A stretch of DNA of 64,000 nt, from assembly GCA_963781485.1 (NCBI GenBank), contig CAWAFY010000004.1, positions 218,445 to 282,444 of the forward strand, written 5' to 3'. How positions within the stretch are numbered: position 1 is the first letter of the stretch; each line of letters opens with the position of its first letter. Source of the stretch: an uncultured Alphaproteobacteria bacterium (lineage in GTDB: Bacteria > Pseudomonadota > Alphaproteobacteria > Sphingomonadales > Sphingomonadaceae). A program made the translations under genes and the position numbers. A model generated the notes under the pieces. That model saw only the letters and a program-made list of their open reading frames with translations. It did not search any database and had not been told where the DNA came from. Shown one piece after another: positions 59,936 through 64,000 of the stretch.

Positions 59936-60402
59936 GCACCGAAGTCGATCTGGTGCACGCGCCGTTCGATCCGGCCGCACAGCTCGCCGATTTCAATCGT
60001 GGCCTTGGGGGCGAAGGCGCGGTCGTCAGCTTCACCGGATTTGCGCGACGGGCGGACGTGGAGGGCAAGCCGGTCGTCGCCCTCGTGCTTGAGAGCTACC
60101 GCGGCGTCACCCTGCGTTCGATGGAAGCGATAGCCGCCGAAGCCGTGCATCGTTTTTCGGTGACCCGCTGCCGGGTAGTTCACCGCGCCGGGTCAATCGC
60201 GCCGGGCGAGGCGATCGTCTTCGTCGCGGCCGCGTCGCACCACCGCCGCGCCGCATTCGACGCTGCGGACTATCTGATGGACCGGCTCAAGACCGAAGCG
60301 GTGTTCTGGAAGCGTGAAGACGGACCCGACGGCAGCCGCTGGATCGAACCGACCGACACCGACCGTGTCGATTCCGCCCGCTGGGGGCCAGAACGTTCAT
60401 GA
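59932..60402 (+). CDS. moaE: molybdopterin synthase catalytic subunit
   Basis: ATGA overlap with moaD. GAVVSFTGFAR...AIVFVAAASHHRRAAFDAADYLMDRLKTEAVFWKRE is typical MoaE. Confidence 0.88.
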   Translation: MSTEVDLVHAPFDPAAQLADFNRGLGGEGAVVSFTGFARRADVEGKPVVALVLESYRGVTLRSMEAIAAEAVHRFSVTRCRVVHRAGSIAPGEAIVFVAAASHHRRAAFDAADYLMDRLKTEAVFWKREDGPDGSRWIEPTDTDRVDSARWGPERS

Positions 60403-61577
60403 TCAATTTCGACGAGGCGTTAGCGTTGATCGAAGGCGCGATCGAACCGCTCGGGACGGAAGCCGCGCCGATAGCCACCTGCGCCGGGCGCACTCTCGCC
60501 GAAGATCTGCGGGCTCGCAGCGATTCGCCGCGCCATGCGGTTGCGACGATGGACGGTTATGCCGTGGTCGACGTTTCAACCGCACCGGGCCAGACCTTGC
60601 GGGTCATCGGAGAGTCGCGCGCGGGACGGGGATTTGCAGGCAAAGTCGGTGCGGGAGAGGCGGTCCGCATCCTGACAGGCGCACCGGTTCCTGCGGGAGC
60701 CGACCGAGTGATCATCCAGGAGCAGGCCGATCGCCAAGGCGATACGGTGCGCTTCGACAAGGGTTACGGCCCCGCGGCATATATACGCCCTGCGGCGCAC
60801 GACTTCTCGGCCAAAGACGTTCTCTTGCGCAGAGGAACCCGGTTGGGTCCACGCGCTCTGGTAAGCGCCGCCGCTGCGGACCGAGCCGAGCTTACCGTCT
60901 CGCAGCGCCCGCGCGTCGCGATCCTCGGTACCGGTGACGAGCTTGCTTCGCCCGGCAGCGCGCACCTTTGCGTCGATAGCGTGCCCGAAAGCGTCACGCT
61001 CGGCGTCGCTGCACTGGTCGAAGCGGAAGGCGGAATCGTTGTTGCGCGCGATGCGGCGGGCGACGATCTGGCCGCATTGACCACTGCAGCGGCGGACGTG
61101 CTGAAAACGGCGGATCTCGTGATCGTGGCCGGCGGAGCCTCGGTCGGTGATCGCGACTTCGCCAAGCCGATGTTCGCGGCGCACGGTCTGTCGTTGCTGT
61201 TTTCCAAAGTCGCGATCAAGCCGGGCAAGCCAGTCTGGCTGGGCTTCGCGCAGGGGCGCGTGGTGCTCGGGCTGCCGGGCAACCCGACCTCGGCGATGGT
61301 CACCGCGGCGCTTTTCCTGAGGCCGGTTCTGGCACGGCTTCAGGGGGCGGCATCGGCTCACACCTGGCGTCGGTTGCCGCTCGCCGCGTGGCTGGGGCCT
61401 ACGGGTGAGCGCGAGACTTTCGTTCGCGCGCGCTGGGTCGCTGATGGGCTTGAGCCATTGGGCAATCAGGACAGCGGCGCGCAGGGTCCGTTGGCCGCAG
61501 CGGATTGGCTGATCCGCTGCCCGTCACACCAGCCGCAGCTGTCGCCAGGCACCCCGGTAAGCGCGCTGGCGTTCTAG
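60399..61577 (+). CDS. moeA: molybdopterin molybdotransferase
   Basis: MDGYAV, GADRVIIQE, GTGDEL, GGASVGDRDF and PGKPVWLG motifs. Confidence 0.9.
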   Translation: MINFDEALALIEGAIEPLGTEAAPIATCAGRTLAEDLRARSDSPRHAVATMDGYAVVDVSTAPGQTLRVIGESRAGRGFAGKVGAGEAVRILTGAPVPAGADRVIIQEQADRQGDTVRFDKGYGPAAYIRPAAHDFSAKDVLLRRGTRLGPRALVSAAAADRAELTVSQRPRVAILGTGDELASPGSAHLCVDSVPESVTLGVAALVEAEGGIVVARDAAGDDLAALTTAAADVLKTADLVIVAGGASVGDRDFAKPMFAAHGLSLLFSKVAIKPGKPVWLGFAQGRVVLGLPGNPTSAMVTAALFLRPVLARLQGAASAHTWRRLPLAAWLGPTGERETFVRARWVADGLEPLGNQDSGAQGPLAAADWLIRCPSHQPQLSPGTPVSALAF

Positions 61578-63553
61578 TCTCCCCGACGGGAGAGCGCCGC
61601 CATTCGCGCGGTCACCTCGGGCGTATCGAGCATTTCGTCGATCGGATTTTCGATCCGCCGCCGCCAGTTCGGGTGTCCGGCGATGGTCCCCGGCAGGTTG
61701 GGCTGCTCGCGCTCGGCCAGAAGGTCCTCCAGCGGGAGGATTACCAGCGGCGCGGGGGTCGCCGCGATGTGCGCGATTGCCGCATCGACCACAGGTGCCG
61801 GATCGTCGGGGACGGGGCGCGGCGCATCGTCGCCTATCGTGGACCACAACATCCCGCGGTCCCACTCGCGGATACCTTCGACTTCGGCACGGTCGGTACC
61901 CGACGGCAAGCGTCCGCACGTCTCCGCCCAGTCAAGATCCCGGCCGCTCCACCATCCGGCGACGGTGGGGGTATCGTGCGTCCCGGTCATCGCCACATTG
62001 GTCGGAAGGTAGCTGTCTGCGCCGTAGAATCCGTGGTCGGGTGCGCGTTCGAACCACAGCACTTCCATGCCGAACGTCCCACGCTCGATGATCGTTTCGG
62101 CAAAGCCGAAAGGACTGGTGCCGAGGTTCTCCGCGATGACGATGGCACCCGCCCGGTGAGCCTCCAGAATCACGAGGCGCAGCAGGTCGTGAAACGGGTA
62201 GGAGAGATAGGACCCTTCGGTCGCTCCTCCGCCGTCGGGGATTACCCACAACCGTTCGAGGCCGAACGCGTGATCGACGCGCAGCCCCCCGCCAGCCGCG
62301 AAGCCCGCCCGCAGCATCGCGATGAACGGCGCATAGCCGGTGCGCCGCAATCCATCGGGCGAAAAGGTCGAAATGTGCCAGTTCTGACCCAGCGGCCCTA
62401 GGGGATCGGGCGGTGCGCCGACGGTGAGCCCGGTGAGCATTCCATCGCGCAGGCTCCAGCTGTCGCTGCCGTATGTGCTCACCCCCACTGCGAGATCGCC
62501 GATCAAACCCACATCCATCCCGCCTGCCCGGGCAGCGCGTTGGCTGGCGGACAGACCCGCGAAGGCGAGCCACTGGACGAAGACGTGAAATTCCACCTCC
62601 TCGCGATGCTCGCGCGCGAATTGGGCGACGAGCGGCCCATCGGGATCGTGATAGCCCGAAGGCCAGTCGCGCCAGCCGCGCGCGCCACCGGCGGAGAAGT
62701 GACAGTAAAGCGCATCGAACAGGGCATGGCGGCGCAGGTTCGGCTCGGTCATCGCGGGATCGCTCGCGATCCGGCTGCGAAACTCCGCGTCGAGGGTCGC
62801 GAACACCGCTCGCAGCTGGACGAGGCGCGCGGGGAGTGCCTGCTCCCAGTCGATCAGGCCTGGTCCTGCCGATGGCGGCAGGGGTGCAAGACCGACGAGT
62901 GAGGGGTCGCCCATCGCGCCGTTCAGGAACAAGCGGCTGGACGGCGAATAGGGGCTGAAATCGCGCCCCTCGCCCGGAAACAGCGCGTGGACCGGATTGA
63001 TCGCAATGGCCGCCGCGCCGCGCGCGGCGAGCTCCTTGGCCGCGACCGCCAGCTCGCCGAAGGTCCCGAAAGGCGACGGCTTTCGGCCTCGCAGTGCCGG
63101 GATCTGCACCGCGGAGCCCCAGAACTTGCCATCGGCGGGCATTCCGGGCGCGCGCGCCGGCGCCACCGCAAGCCTGATGGCATCACCGCCCAGGTCCAGA
63201 TCGTAATAGCCAGGGGCGGTCGGCGCAAAGATCGCGCGACCCTCGACGGCAAGGCGCACGGTGTGCCCGTCCTCTCCCGTCGCTTCGACATCGCCGTGCG
63301 CAAAGGGCAATGCGACCCGCTCGCCCGCATCGACGACGAGCATGCGTGGCAGACGTCCGCGCTGGTCCGTTATCGCAGCGGGATCGGTTCCGACAGCGTA
63401 TCCAAGCCCCTCAAGAATCGCCGCGAGCGTTTCATCGGGCACGACCTGCTCGTGCCCGTCGAGATCGCGCCAGTGGCGCGCGAGGCCGCAGGCGGCAGCA
63501 AGGTCATGGAGCGTGTCGATGGCGGCCTCGGTCTGGCGTGAAGGTCCCTGCAT
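61574..63553 (-). CDS. malQ: 4-alpha-glucanotransferase (amylomaltase, GH77)
   Basis: About 659 aa from ATG 63553. GH77-like blocks (INPVHALFP, VGLIGDLAVGV, LRVDHAFGL, VIAENLGT, MTGTHDTPT). The track ORF extends further 5' through non-homologous sequence. Confidence 0.85.
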   Translation of the reverse strand: MQGPSRQTEAAIDTLHDLAAACGLARHWRDLDGHEQVVPDETLAAILEGLGYAVGTDPAAITDQRGRLPRMLVVDAGERVALPFAHGDVEATGEDGHTVRLAVEGRAIFAPTAPGYYDLDLGGDAIRLAVAPARAPGMPADGKFWGSAVQIPALRGRKPSPFGTFGELAVAAKELAARGAAAIAINPVHALFPGEGRDFSPYSPSSRLFLNGAMGDPSLVGLAPLPPSAGPGLIDWEQALPARLVQLRAVFATLDAEFRSRIASDPAMTEPNLRRHALFDALYCHFSAGGARGWRDWPSGYHDPDGPLVAQFAREHREEVEFHVFVQWLAFAGLSASQRAARAGGMDVGLIGDLAVGVSTYGSDSWSLRDGMLTGLTVGAPPDPLGPLGQNWHISTFSPDGLRRTGYAPFIAMLRAGFAAGGGLRVDHAFGLERLWVIPDGGGATEGSYLSYPFHDLLRLVILEAHRAGAIVIAENLGTSPFGFAETIIERGTFGMEVLWFERAPDHGFYGADSYLPTNVAMTGTHDTPTVAGWWSGRDLDWAETCGRLPSGTDRAEVEGIREWDRGMLWSTIGDDAPRPVPDDPAPVVDAAIAHIAATPAPLVILPLEDLLAEREQPNLPGTIAGHPNWRRRIENPIDEMLDTPEVTARMAALSRRGD

Positions 63554-63740
63554 CCTCTGCGAAAGTGGCGCTGGCAACTGTTTTGATGCAGTGCAACATG
63601 GAACAGGCGTATCCGAGTCGACTTTCGCGCCGCGGTCAGCCAACCGGGTCGGGCTGATCGGTCCGCGCGGGACGGGTGCGCAGATTTTGTAACCACGGGC
63701 GTCCACCGCGACTCCCGCTATCGAGGGCGAACGGCACACC

Positions 63741-64000
63741 ATGGACCAGCGGATCGTAAGGGTACTGCGCCACCGCGTGGGCAAAAACGAACACGCCGCC
63801 AAGCCGCACGATTGGTACAACGCCGCTGTTTACGCCCTGCGGGATGATGTCATCGATGCCTGGATTGCGTCGACCACTCGTACGCACGAGGCGAAAGACA
63901 AGCGGGTTTATTACCTGAGCCTCGAATTCCTCATCGGTCGGCTGCTGCGCGACGCGATGTCCAACCTCGATTTGACCGCCGAGATGACAAAGGCGCTCGA
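63741..64000 (+). CDS. glgP: glycogen/starch phosphorylase, 5' partial (runs off the window)
   Basis: Hand translation from ATG 63741: MDQRIVRVLRHRVGKNEHAAKPHDWYNAAVYALRDDVIDAWIASTTRTHEAKDKRVYYLSLEFLIGRLLRDAMSNLDL. In-frame TAA at 63690. Not in the ORF track because it has no stop inside the window. Confidence 0.85.
   Translation, partial: MDQRIVRVLRHRVGKNEHAAKPHDWYNAAVYALRDDVIDAWIASTTRTHEAKDKRVYYLSLEFLIGRLLRDAMSNLDLTAEMTKAL

Noticed and set aside
1-64000. CRISPR arrays, tandem repeats, rRNA, tmRNA/SRP/RNase P RNAs, prophage or transposon genes.
   Set aside because: None seen on reading both strands. There are no regularly spaced repeats, no transposase/integrase/phage-like ORFs, and no 4.5S-type conserved core (GGAAGGAAGCAGC-like) sequence.

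Overview
GC-rich (roughly 63-65% by eye) chromosomal window from an alphaproteobacterium, most likely Sphingomonadales. The taxonomic call rests on three things: the conserved rpsB-to-fabZ cluster has no lpxD/lpxA/lpxB, tRNA-His is canonical with an encoded G-1, and an EcfG-type stress promoter sits in front of csbD. I can support about 62 protein-coding genes and 2 tRNAs, almost all core housekeeping. They are: translation and envelope (rpsB-tsf-pyrH-frr-uppS-cdsA-dxr-rseP-bamA-skp-fabZ-rpmE); phospholipid genes (psd, pssA, pgsA); a translationally coupled ccmCDEFGHI cytochrome c maturation operon; kup; dapF-mtaB-ftsY-yciB; oxyR-rnd; aspS; acpP-fabF-mltG; cysD-cysNC-cysQ; glutathione-dependent formaldehyde detoxification; marR-emrAB; glpK; a yeeE/yedE pair; moaADE-moeA; and malQ/glgP. 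I found no CRISPR array, transposase, integrase, prophage or recognisable defence or toxin-antitoxin module, and no convincing novel multi-gene system. The most notable observations are four disrupted core genes. tsf, fabF and a GGDEF-EAL gene each carry a 1-nt insertion, and ccmE carries an in-frame TAG. The tsf and fabF insertions both fall inside what would be a GAATC (GANTC, CcrM-type) site, which points to a methylation-linked sequencing artefact rather than biology. Secondary leads are a GGAAC-N16-CGTT promoter upstream of csbD, a lower-GC segment next to tRNA-Met carrying an orphan hybrid kinase, a 2H-phosphoesterase paired with a membrane protein that has a degenerate cNMP-binding domain, an uncharacterised secreted gene pair, and two AT-rich palindromic operator candidates. 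All coordinates and motifs were read by hand. No searches or computations were run.
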